A DNA stretch of 64,000 bases from Rickettsiales bacterium (GTDB lineage Bacteria; Pseudomonadota; Alphaproteobacteria; Methylaequorales; Methylaequoraceae): the NCBI GenBank assembly GCA_002691145.1, contig NZHE01000026.1, positions 15,678 through 79,677 on the forward strand, read 5' to 3'. The notes under the pieces are model-generated. The model had not been told where the DNA came from. It made no database searches and saw only the letters and a program-made list of their open reading frames with translations. Each line of letters opens with the position of its first letter. Positions within the stretch are counted from its first letter, which is position 1. The translations under genes and the position numbers were made by a program. Below are positions 17,446 to 26,480 of this stretch, one piece after another.

Positions 17446-19137
17446 ATGGAAGATTTTACTTACACTTTTTTAGCCTTTTCTCCAATTTTATTAGCAGGCT
17501 TATTTCTTATTGGTTTTAAACTTTCAGCGAAAATTGCAATGCCAATTGTTTTTATCTGTACTTGTATTTTAGCATATTTTTTTTGGGAAGTAAGTTTCAT
17601 AAGAATATCAGCTTCCATTCTTCAAGGCTTGGTAATAAGTATCGGAATTGTCTGGATAATTTTTGGTGCATTATTATTATTAAATACCTTGAAATATTCT
17701 GGGGCAATCATGACAATTAGAAGAGGATTTTCAAACATTAGTCCGGATAGAAGAATTCAAGTCATTTTGATAGCATGGTTGTTTGGGTGTTTTATTGAAG
17801 GAGCATCAGGATTTGGGACACCGGCTGCAGTAGCAGCTCCTTTAATGGTCGCAATTGGTTTCCCCCCATTATCTGCTGTAGTATTCGGAATGATGATTCA
17901 ATCAACACCTGTATCTTTTGGAGCTGTAGGAACACCAATGATTGTCGGAGTGCAAGGGGGATTAAATAAATCAGAAATAACAGAACAATTGAATATTATT
18001 GGACTAGAATGGGATTCTTACTTTTCAATAATAGTGACTGAGGTTGCTTTAATTCACTCTGTATGTGGAACTTTCATGCCTATGTTACTTGTAATGATCA
18101 TGACAAGATATTTTGGTAAAAATAAATCCTGGTTTGAGGGAATCTCAATCTTTCCATTTGCAATATTTTCAGCATTAAGTTTTACAATTCCATACGCACT
18201 TGCAGGAGTTTTTCTAGGTCCAGAATTTCCCTCTATTTTAGGTGGATTAATGGGTTTAGCTTTAGTAAGCACTGCAGTAAAATTCAATTTTTTAGTTCCC
18301 AAAGATAAATGGGACTTTCCTAAGACCCCAGAATCCTCTTCCAAATGGACAATTAACTCTGAGCGAAAAATGGAAAATATAAACAATAGAAAAATAGGTA
18401 ATTTTTTAGCCTGGTGCCCATATTTAGCTTTAGCTTTTTTTCTAATTCTAACTAGAACTTTTGAACCAATTAGTTTTTTTTTAAAATCTTTGGATTTTAA
18501 AATTTTAGATATTTTAGGTGAAAATGACATTGATGCAGGTTTTCAAATTATTTATCTTCCTGGAGGGATACTTGTATTCGTTTGCATATTAACATTTATT
18601 ATGCATAAAATGAGTTTTCCTCAAATTTCAAATGCTTTTAGTGAATCTTCTAGAACAATATTTGGCGCAGCATTTGTTTTAATTTTTACTGTTCCACTTG
18701 TAAGAATAATGATTAACTCAGGAATAAATACACTTGATATTCCCAGTATGCCAATAGCAATGGCAAAAGGAACCTCAGAGCTTATGGGGCAGTTTTATCC
18801 TTTATTTGCTCCTGCAATTGGAGCAATTGGTGCTTTCCTTGCTGGATCCAATACTGTTAGTAATCTTATGTTAAGCCAATTCCAATTTGAAACGGCAAAT
18901 TTACTCAATATTTCAGGAGCACTAATGGTCGCCGCACAAAGTGTAGGTGCGGCGGCTGGCAATATGATAGCTATCCATAATATAGTAGCTGCCTCAGCGA
19001 CAGTGGGACTTTTGGGTAATGAAGGAGCAACTCTTAGAATTACTATAATTCCAACTATTTATTATCTTTTTTTAAGTGGAATAATTGTTTTTATTCTATT
19101 TCAAGTATTTGGTATAACTGACCCGTTGATAATTTAA
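17446..19137 (+). CDS. L-lactate/glycolate permease (LctP family)
   Basis: [23 protein letters not shown] and GSNTVSN motifs. Confidence 0.92.
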   Translation: MEDFTYTFLAFSPILLAGLFLIGFKLSAKIAMPIVFICTCILAYFFWEVSFIRISASILQGLVISIGIVWIIFGALLLLNTLKYSGAIMTIRRGFSNISPDRRIQVILIAWLFGCFIEGASGFGTPAAVAAPLMVAIGFPPLSAVVFGMMIQSTPVSFGAVGTPMIVGVQGGLNKSEITEQLNIIGLEWDSYFSIIVTEVALIHSVCGTFMPMLLVMIMTRYFGKNKSWFEGISIFPFAIFSALSFTIPYALAGVFLGPEFPSILGGLMGLALVSTAVKFNFLVPKDKWDFPKTPESSSKWTINSERKMENINNRKIGNFLAWCPYLALAFFLILTRTFEPISFFLKSLDFKILDILGENDIDAGFQIIYLPGGILVFVCILTFIMHKMSFPQISNAFSESSRTIFGAAFVLIFTVPLVRIMINSGINTLDIPSMPIAMAKGTSELMGQFYPLFAPAIGAIGAFLAGSNTVSNLMLSQFQFETANLLNISGALMVAAQSVGAAAGNMIAIHNIVAASATVGLLGNEGATLRITIIPTIYYLFLSGIIVFILFQVFGITDPLII

Positions 19138-19164
19138 AAAATATATTTTGTTGATTATAAGATA

Positions 19165-20171
19165 ATGGAACCTATTACCCAAGGATTGATTGGTGCAAGT
19201 TTAGCGGGATCAATTTCAAAAAAAGATCATTTAAAACAAGCATCAATTTTAGGAGCAGTTGGAGGTATTTTTCCAGATATTGATGTTTTAATTAAATCAG
19301 ACAATGATCCACTACTATTTATTGACTTTCATAGACATTTTACACATTCTTTAATTTTTAGTCCTTTTGGTAGTCTTTTTTTAGCTTGTATTTTTTTTTT
19401 TTATTAAATAAATCAAAATCTTCATTTAAAAATATATATCTTTACATATTCATAGGTTTTATTAGTCACGGTCTATTAGACGCTTGCACAAGCTACGGAA
19501 CTAGTCTATTTTGGCCCTTTTCTAATGATAGAATATCATGGAATTTAATTTCAGTTGTTGATCCATTTTTTTCAATTTTATTACTTTTATTCTTTACAGT
19601 GTTTTTATTGAAAAAATCCAGAGTATTTGTTCAAATTGGAACTTTACTATGTTTAATTTATCTTGTCTTTGGCTATGTAAAAAAAGAAAAGATTAAAAAG
19701 TACGTAATCGATTTAGCTGAAAAAAGAAATCATAAGATTGAACGAATATTATTAAAACCAACCTTTGGTAATAATATTCTTTGGAGAAGTATTTATCAAA
19801 CGAAGAACTTTTATTATCTGAATGCAGTTTATATCCCATTATTCTCAGTTAAGAGTCATAGAAAGGGTGATAGATTAAATGTTATTAATAAAAACACAAT
19901 ATTCTCTGAGATTCCTGAAAATTCAATTCATAGGCAGGATATACTGAGATTTGCAAATTTTTCTCAAAACTTTATTTTTTTGCATCCTGATTATAGTACT
20001 GTAATAGCAGACCTAAGATATGGCTCGCTTCCGCATGATTACAAATCTTTATGGGGAATAGAAGTTGATTTAAAAAAATATGACCAGCATGTAGCTTATA
20101 AAAATTTAAGAAATTTTGAAAATGACTTCTTAAGAAATTTTTTTAAAATGCTTGGTGGGAATTTAAATTGA
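19165..20171 (+). CDS. YdjM-like membrane metal-dependent hydrolase, frameshifted at T12 run 19391-19402
   Basis: MEPITQ, PDIDV and HRHFTHS in the first frame; SHGLLDACTSYGT and DLRY in the second frame. Confidence 0.85.
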
Positions 20172-20210
20172 AAAAATTTATAAATTTAGTTTATAATAAT
20201 ATCAAATATT

Positions 20211-20489
20211 ATGAGTTCAGTTGCATTTACACTTATTTATATTTCTTTGCAAACTTTGAGTTATAGTAATGAAGCTAAAATTCATATTATTAACGATAAA
20301 AAAGTTAAGAATGAAAAGACATTTGCTGGCCCAATGGGTATGGGGTTAGCAAAATCATTTGAAATAGATGGAAAGAAATTTTGTGTTTATAATATTATTC
20401 AGGGTCAAAAGAGAATTGAACTCTCTGAAAAGAAGTACGAATGCCCTAAGAATATTTTAGACAATGATAGATATTTAAATGATGATTAA
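20211..20489 (+). CDS. Hypothetical exported protein
   Basis: 92-aa ORF with hydrophobic N-terminus and two Cys; overlaps the next gene. Confidence 0.5.
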   Translation: MSSVAFTLIYISLQTLSYSNEAKIHIINDKKVKNEKTFAGPMGMGLAKSFEIDGKKFCVYNIIQGQKRIELSEKKYECPKNILDNDRYLNDD

Positions 20490-20892
20490 AATCTTATTTA
20501 TATTTTTTCTTTTATTTTTAAACGCTTGCAGTGTTCAAAGATATTCGCATGAGTACTATATTGAATGTGAAAAAAGTAACGATACCTTCTCAGAAATAAA
20601 TACTTGTGCTGAAAAAAAAATTGAGAGTAATTGCAATGGTTCAACGAATTGTAAATTAGAAAATAAAAGATTTTTAGGCTCTATTTCAAAAATTAAAGAA
20701 ATGATTAAATCAAAAGAATTATCAGAAAATGGTGCAATGCTGCAGTATTATTTATTTCTGGAGATGGCAGAAATAAAAAAAGAACAGTTCAAGAAAAAAG
20801 AAATTGAAAAAAAACTAAAATTAAAATATCAAGACTATATTTCTGGAGGAAGATTTTACCGATGTTTTTATGTAGATCAAATTTTTTGTTAA
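20479..20892 (+). CDS. Hypothetical lipoprotein
   Basis: Lipobox LNAC and several further Cys. Confidence 0.6.
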   Translation: MMIKILFIFFLLFLNACSVQRYSHEYYIECEKSNDTFSEINTCAEKKIESNCNGSTNCKLENKRFLGSISKIKEMIKSKELSENGAMLQYYLFLEMAEIKKEQFKKKEIEKKLKLKYQDYISGGRFYRCFYVDQIFC

Positions 20893-20918
20893 AAAATACT
20901 AATCTTAAATTTATCAAA

Positions 20919-21452
20919 CTAGCCAAAAACTTGTTTAGCATCTTTAAGACGATAAAAAATGTTAAATTCATCATCTATAGGTACAAGCTCTAATTTGCCT
21001 TTAATGTTGATAGCATCATATGAAAAATTAACCGGCTTAATAGCATGAACCTCAATTAATAGATTTGAGGAAGTATGAGGATGATACGGACAAGTAAGTG
21101 GAAAGGGGCCCAGTAAAAATAATTTTTGTTTTTCATCTTGTTCTAAAGGAAACATGTAACCCTGGATTAAAACTTCTCTAGATTCTAAATTTTTAATTTT
21201 TTCTTTAAAAACTGGACGAAAACCAATCCAATCATTTCCATTATCGTCAGTAAAGGAATATTCATTCATTCCGGTTTCACTAAATGTTTTCCACGAAATA
21301 CCTCCAGTCGGTAAATCTATAAAATCATCAACAGCAGAAAGTAATTCATTTGGTTGCTCAAGATCACCATCGATTATTTCAAATGTATTTAATTCCTTAA
21401 AATAAAAGGAAATTAGGAAAATAATAAGTATTTTTAAATTAAAACTCTTCAT
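20919..21452 (-). CDS. DUF3299-family exported protein (ZrgD-like)
   Basis: ISWKTF, IQGYMFPLE, FLLGPFPLTCPYHP, IEV and YRLKDA; last gene of the ABC module. Confidence 0.8.
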   Translation of the reverse strand: MKSFNLKILIIFLISFYFKELNTFEIIDGDLEQPNELLSAVDDFIDLPTGGISWKTFSETGMNEYSFTDDNGNDWIGFRPVFKEKIKNLESREVLIQGYMFPLEQDEKQKLFLLGPFPLTCPYHPHTSSNLLIEVHAIKPVNFSYDAINIKGKLELVPIDDEFNIFYRLKDAKQVFG

Positions 21453-21467
21453 TATAACTGAATGTAT

Positions 21468-22901
21468 TTATACATTTTTTGTAAGTTGATGTGCAACATT
21501 TATTTTTGATGCTTTCATTGCTGGAAAAATGGCTGCTAAATAACCTGATAAAATCACAGTAAAAACTATTAAAAAAAAGCTTAGATTAAACTGAAAATTT
21601 GCCTGAATTGTATTTAATGGAATAATGATTTTGGTTAGAACTTCAAAACCTACTATCCCAACTAAAATTCCAATAAAAAGACCAATTCCAACAATTGACA
21701 TTCCCTCTAAAATAATTATTTTAAAAATTCTTTTTCTTGAATAACCAATGGCTCTTAATATTGCAAGTTCTCCCATTCTATTATCCAAATTAGTAATTAA
21801 GCCAGCAAAAATACTTAAGATTGAAATTATAATTAAAATTGAAGAAAAGATGGTCAAACTTTTAGAGCTCAAACCAAAAATTGATGTCAGACGGGTAATC
21901 TCTAATGCTGGATTGGCAGCCTGCAACGAACTTTCTCTATTAATAAGACGAGGCAAATTAACATTTGCAATCGGAGATTTAGTGGTAATTAAAACTGCAG
22001 TAATTTCAGAGGTTTTTTTTTCAAAAGAATTTTTTACTATATTTTTGTCATTATTTATTTTATTTTCGATTAAATTATCTAAGTTTAGATTTTTGGTATT
22101 CTTTTTGTTATTTGAGCTTTCAACTTTATGATGCTCATGGTGGTGGTGAGTGTTTTTATTTTCTTCATGATTATGTTCTTCATGACTTGTTTTAATTTCA
22201 TGATGATCATGCTCTTTGGGTAAGGTATCAACTTTTATAGTACTATTTTTTTGTTCTGGTTTATTTCGATAATTTACATTACTCTCATTTATCTGAGGAT
22301 GATCATGAATGCTCAAAACTGAATCAACTGATGTTAAAAGCAATCTATCAATAACAGTGTTGGTTGGTTTTAAAATTCCTACGACCTTATATTTCTCATC
22401 TTCATGTTGGTTGTTGGAATCTAATAAACCATGAGAGCCGTAAAAGGTTTCTTCAATTTGAACATCAATGGAAGAACCTGCTATTATTTCAAAATTATTT
22501 TCCCATTTTCTTCCTTTAAATATTTCTGCATTATAGTGTTCGATATAATCAAATGTAGTACCAACAATTCTATATCCATTCCAATTATCTCCAAGTGCAA
22601 GTGGAATTGCATTCTCAATTTGAGGATGTTGAATATAGTTTTGAACTAGATCTAATGAAATATTTCCAGTTGGAATATCGACATGATAAACAGTGGATAA
22701 AACCATTTGAAGTGGACTTCCTTTGGCACCAACAACGATATCAATATTTTTTCCATCAGCTTTTAACCTATTGTTAAAATGATTATTTAACTGAGCTAAA
22801 ATTAGTGCTGTAAATACTCCAAAAACGATCAAAATTAAAGATAATGAAGTATTTAATAACCTATATTTTAATGAAAAAAATACAAACTTTAGATCACTCA
22901 T
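21468..22901 (-). CDS. FtsX/MacB-type ABC permease with His-rich insert (ZrgC-like)
   Basis: VVGAKGSPLQMVLSTVYH...PTGNI, IPLALGD and ELAILRAIG; His-rich loop. Confidence 0.88.
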   Translation of the reverse strand: MSDLKFVFFSLKYRLLNTSLSLILIVFGVFTALILAQLNNHFNNRLKADGKNIDIVVGAKGSPLQMVLSTVYHVDIPTGNISLDLVQNYIQHPQIENAIPLALGDNWNGYRIVGTTFDYIEHYNAEIFKGRKWENNFEIIAGSSIDVQIEETFYGSHGLLDSNNQHEDEKYKVVGILKPTNTVIDRLLLTSVDSVLSIHDHPQINESNVNYRNKPEQKNSTIKVDTLPKEHDHHEIKTSHEEHNHEENKNTHHHHEHHKVESSNNKKNTKNLNLDNLIENKINNDKNIVKNSFEKKTSEITAVLITTKSPIANVNLPRLINRESSLQAANPALEITRLTSIFGLSSKSLTIFSSILIIISILSIFAGLITNLDNRMGELAILRAIGYSRKRIFKIIILEGMSIVGIGLFIGILVGIVGFEVLTKIIIPLNTIQANFQFNLSFFLIVFTVILSGYLAAIFPAMKASKINVAHQLTKNV

Positions 22902-23521
22902 TATTTAATTTCCAATACATTTTTAAAAAGTCCTTTGATTCTTTTATCATGAGTACAGACTATTAAAGTTGAATTTGTTAATTTTATTTGCTTAAAAATA
23001 AGTTTCATTACTTTTTCAGTATTTTTATCATCCAATCCTGAAGTAAGTTCATCAGCAAAAATTACTTTTGCTTCGTTTGCAACCCCTCTTGCAATAGCTA
23101 CCCTTTGTGCCTCACCAAAACTAAGATTTTTAACTAATTTTTTTTTTATATCTTTTAAACCTAGCTCTTTAATTAATAGATTAATTCTTTCCTTGTTAGT
23201 ATTATCTTGAACTAACATTATATTTTGTTCAATATTTAAGTGTTTAATTAAGTAAAAGTTTTGAAAAATAAATCCAAAGTTTTTTGAACGAATTTTGTCT
23301 AATTCATCTTCATTAAGTAATAACAAATTTTTACCTTCAAAAAAAATTTCTCCTGATGTTGGTTTTAATAAGCCACCCATCAAATTAATTAGAGTTGTCT
23401 TTCCACAACCAGAAGGTCCAAGGATAAGCAAGTGCTCATCTCTATTAACTTTAAAGTTTAATGGTCTTAAAATCTCTTGATTCTCAAATTTGTACTTAAC
23501 ATTGACTAAGTTAAAAAGCAT
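22901..23521 (-). CDS. ABC transporter ATP-binding protein (LolD/MacB type)
   Basis: GPSGCGKTT, LSFGEAQRVAIAR, FADE and CTHD motifs. Confidence 0.93.
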   Translation of the reverse strand: MLFNLVNVKYKFENQEILRPLNFKVNRDEHLLILGPSGCGKTTLINLMGGLLKPTSGEIFFEGKNLLLLNEDELDKIRSKNFGFIFQNFYLIKHLNIEQNIMLVQDNTNKERINLLIKELGLKDIKKKLVKNLSFGEAQRVAIARGVANEAKVIFADELTSGLDDKNTEKVMKLIFKQIKLTNSTLIVCTHDKRIKGLFKNVLEIK

Positions 23522-23650
23522 ACAATTTATCTAACCATTATAATTGAATTCATAAAATAATAAACGTAACTGCTCATTTCATTTTATTTATTATCATTTT
23601 ATAATTTGATCGATATTATTTTTAAACCTATATTAATATTTGTAAAGTTA

Positions 23651-24823
23651 CTAAAAATTGTTTTCAAATACAAAAAAATAAGTATAGGAAACTAAAACAG
23701 CTGGAATCGCACTATAAAGTGTTGCTATGATCGCAGCTTTTGGAAGGATAGCAATAGCCGGAAAAAGTGCATCGCCATCATTAGATATAGCATTCCCAAT
23801 CTCAGCCGAAAAAGGAATAATACCATTTAAATAAAATGTAGTTACCAGGATTTGTGGTCCACAACCCGGAACAAATCCCATGAAAATAGCTATTAAAGGT
23901 ACAACTGGTTTCCAAATATCGAAGATAATTTTAATATCAAAATTTGAAAAAAAAATAAAACTTTCATAAAATAAAAATCCACAAACAACCCAAGTTGTTA
24001 CAAAGTTAGTTGTATCAATAGTCCTTGAGAGATACGAACGTGATTTTTCTGTTGAACATTGAAAATCGCTCAAAGGATTTAAAGTCCACATAAAAATGGA
24101 TACCACAGCGCCAAATGAGCCAATAGTATTTACAACACTGAAATCATTATACAAAAAGAAATAGTCATCAACATTTACCTGTATTAAATTTAAAATACCA
24201 ATAAGCAATCCGGGGAAAAAAACAATAATCCATAAAATATTAAATTTTGAAACAAATGTTTTTTTTATGCTTTCAAATTCAACATTTAATTTTTTTTTAT
24301 CCAATAAATAATCTCTTTTATGAAAAATATCAACTAAATACCCAGTTACTAAACCCGTTGAAAAAGCTATAATAAAAATAATCATACCTTGCATCGGTTG
24401 TTTTGCAAGCAATAGAAAGGCTGCATCACCCATAGTTGACGACAAGACTGCAACTAAAGAACCGAAGCTTAATCTACCTTGTATAAACTGGGTAACAACT
24501 ATAATCGCTCCACCACACCCAGGCAAAGAGCCCAAAAACGACGAAAATAGTACATGAAATTTTTTTGATTTTTTTAAAAAGTTTTTAATTTCAAAATTTG
24601 TAAGTGAGTCTAAACCCAAAAATATAAAAAGAGTAAAAGCAACAAATACTGAAACATTTAAATAAGCATCAATCAGTGAAGTTCTTACAACTGTCGCAAA
24701 GTCATTAGTTTGAAAAGCAAGAGAAAGAATTAGAAAACCTAAAATACATTTTTTTAGAAGTCTTCCCTCGTTCGCAACTAATATTTTCTTTTTTTTTATT
24801 ACACTTACAAATAAAGCATTCAT
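23651..24823 (-). CDS. Putative manganese/heavy-metal transporter (10-TM family)
   Basis: Duplicated PGCG motifs, TMGDAAFLL and NAISNDGDALFP. Confidence 0.82.
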   Translation of the reverse strand: MNALFVSVIKKKKILVANEGRLLKKCILGFLILSLAFQTNDFATVVRTSLIDAYLNVSVFVAFTLFIFLGLDSLTNFEIKNFLKKSKKFHVLFSSFLGSLPGCGGAIIVVTQFIQGRLSFGSLVAVLSSTMGDAAFLLLAKQPMQGMIIFIIAFSTGLVTGYLVDIFHKRDYLLDKKKLNVEFESIKKTFVSKFNILWIIVFFPGLLIGILNLIQVNVDDYFFLYNDFSVVNTIGSFGAVVSIFMWTLNPLSDFQCSTEKSRSYLSRTIDTTNFVTTWVVCGFLFYESFIFFSNFDIKIIFDIWKPVVPLIAIFMGFVPGCGPQILVTTFYLNGIIPFSAEIGNAISNDGDALFPAIAILPKAAIIATLYSAIPAVLVSYTYFFVFENNF

Positions 24824-24928
24824 TTTTAATTAGTTACCATTGGTAATAATGTAATAAATAAAAAAAAAATACATTATGCAATTTTTAAACATTTTTCAAA
24901 ACGAGTTATAAAAATTATTTGTTTATTG

Positions 24929-25267
24929 TTAGGCATCTCGTAATATGATGTGAAAACCGAAATCAGATTCAACAGGTTTGCTCATCTCACCTACACCTAA
25001 CTTGAAGGCAGCATCTTCAAATTCCTTTACCATAACTCCTTTACCAAACTCGCCAAGGAAACCCCCTGACTTTCCGGAAGCACAATCAGAGTATTTAATA
25101 GCAAAGTCTTTAAAAATAACTTGGTTTTTACTATCTTCCTTTGAAATTTTTGTGTGTATATCTTTAATAAGTTTGTGAGCCTTATCTTTTGTTAATTCTG
25201 ACCTGGAATTAGCAGAATCTTTATGCATTATCAATATATGGTAAGCAGAAATTTTTTCACTCATCAA
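24929..25267 (-). CDS. Parvulin-type peptidyl-prolyl isomerase
   Basis: AYHILI, YSDCASGKSGGFLG, MVKEFEDAAF and SDFGFHII motifs. Confidence 0.93.
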   Translation of the reverse strand: MMSEKISAYHILIMHKDSANSRSELTKDKAHKLIKDIHTKISKEDSKNQVIFKDFAIKYSDCASGKSGGFLGEFGKGVMVKEFEDAAFKLGVGEMSKPVESDFGFHIILRDA

Positions 25268-26480
25268 CTTTACCTAGTTTTAACCTTTTAAACAAAATAT
25301 TTAAAGTAAATATAAAAAATATAATTAAATAAACAAAATCGTAGTTTAATTTATAGTATATTAAATAATAAACTATTCCCATAATCAAGACAGAATTAAT
25401 CATATAAAATAAATTATAACTTAAAAATAACTGTTTTACATTATTATTTCTTAAATGAAAGGACAATGGCAAGGCACAAGCAGAAATTACAGATAAATAA
25501 AATTGAAAAAAATTGATTCCATACGAGGATGAAAGTTCAACAAAGAAAAAATAAATTAAACATAATAAAATATTAAAAAAAGAAAAATAAGTTACTATTT
25601 TTTCTTTTCCAATAAGTTGAAATACAAAATGAAAACAAAACATTAATAAAAGAAAAAGGAGTATATGACTCAATTTAAACTGAATAAAAAAAGAATTTTC
25701 AGGTCTAACAATTCCAGGAAGCCAAGTTTGTAAAATTATCATCATTAAAAAAAGAATAGGTAATATAAAAAACAAGTTACCAAGTAATAATCTAATTAAA
25801 TTTGTAATATCCGAGGCCTTACTATTTGAATCAATAATTAAACCAATTAAAAAATTTTCTTCTTTATAATCTTTATTGATGTAAAAATGAAAAATTGAAA
25901 TAACAATTAAAATCAAAAGACTTATCTTCCAATACCAACTATTCAGCTCATTGTTAGAATAAATTTGATTTAGAAACTCTACGAAAAGCAACCCAAACAT
26001 TATACCTAAAAACTTAAATACAAATTTTTTAACATTCATAAAAGATGGATTTTTTACAGTATAATCACTTAAAAAGTTATAATTTAAGGCAAATACAATT
26101 CCAATTATAATTCTTATTGAAAATAAAATTAAAACATTTAATAAGATATTATTGTTAAAGTTTGGAATTAAAAAACAGCTTAAGTAGGTAAAGGGAATAA
26201 TATAAATGAAACAATTCTTAAAACTTAGTATTTTTTCACATTCAACTTTAAGTCTTTTTTTTATAAAAAATAAAATTTTTAAAGCAAATGGTCTTATAAA
26301 GTACGAACATACGACCAATGAGAGACTTAAAAATAAAAAATCATTATCTTTTAGCTCATTAAAATAATAGTACGAAATATAGGGTAAAAGAGATAGAAAT
26401 AACGATATGTCCAAACCGTCAATAAAGCCTAGAGTACAGTTTGGGTTTAAAAATTTATTTTTTAAATTACGTTCTTTCAT
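25257..26480 (-). CDS. Highly diverged MFS-like membrane protein
   Basis: About 12 hydrophobic segments; remnants of MHS/ProP-type motifs (IDGLDISLF, YFIRPF, WKISLL). Confidence 0.5.
   Translation of the reverse strand: MKERNLKNKFLNPNCTLGFIDGLDISLFLSLLPYISYYYFNELKDNDFLFLSLSLVVCSYFIRPFALKILFFIKKRLKVECEKILSFKNCFIYIIPFTYLSCFLIPNFNNNILLNVLILFSIRIIIGIVFALNYNFLSDYTVKNPSFMNVKKFVFKFLGIMFGLLFVEFLNQIYSNNELNSWYWKISLLILIVISIFHFYINKDYKEENFLIGLIIDSNSKASDITNLIRLLLGNLFFILPILFLMMIILQTWLPGIVRPENSFFIQFKLSHILLFLLLMFCFHFVFQLIGKEKIVTYFSFFNILLCLIYFFFVELSSSYGINFFQFYLSVISACALPLSFHLRNNNVKQLFLSYNLFYMINSVLIMGIVYYLIYYKLNYDFVYLIIFFIFTLNILFKRLKLGKVDE

Noticed and set aside
24824-24928. Mur/Zur operator upstream of the Mn-type transporter (palindrome TTACCATTGGTAA at 24834-24846)
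   Set aside because: Weak match to known consensus sequences and plausible by chance in AT-rich DNA.
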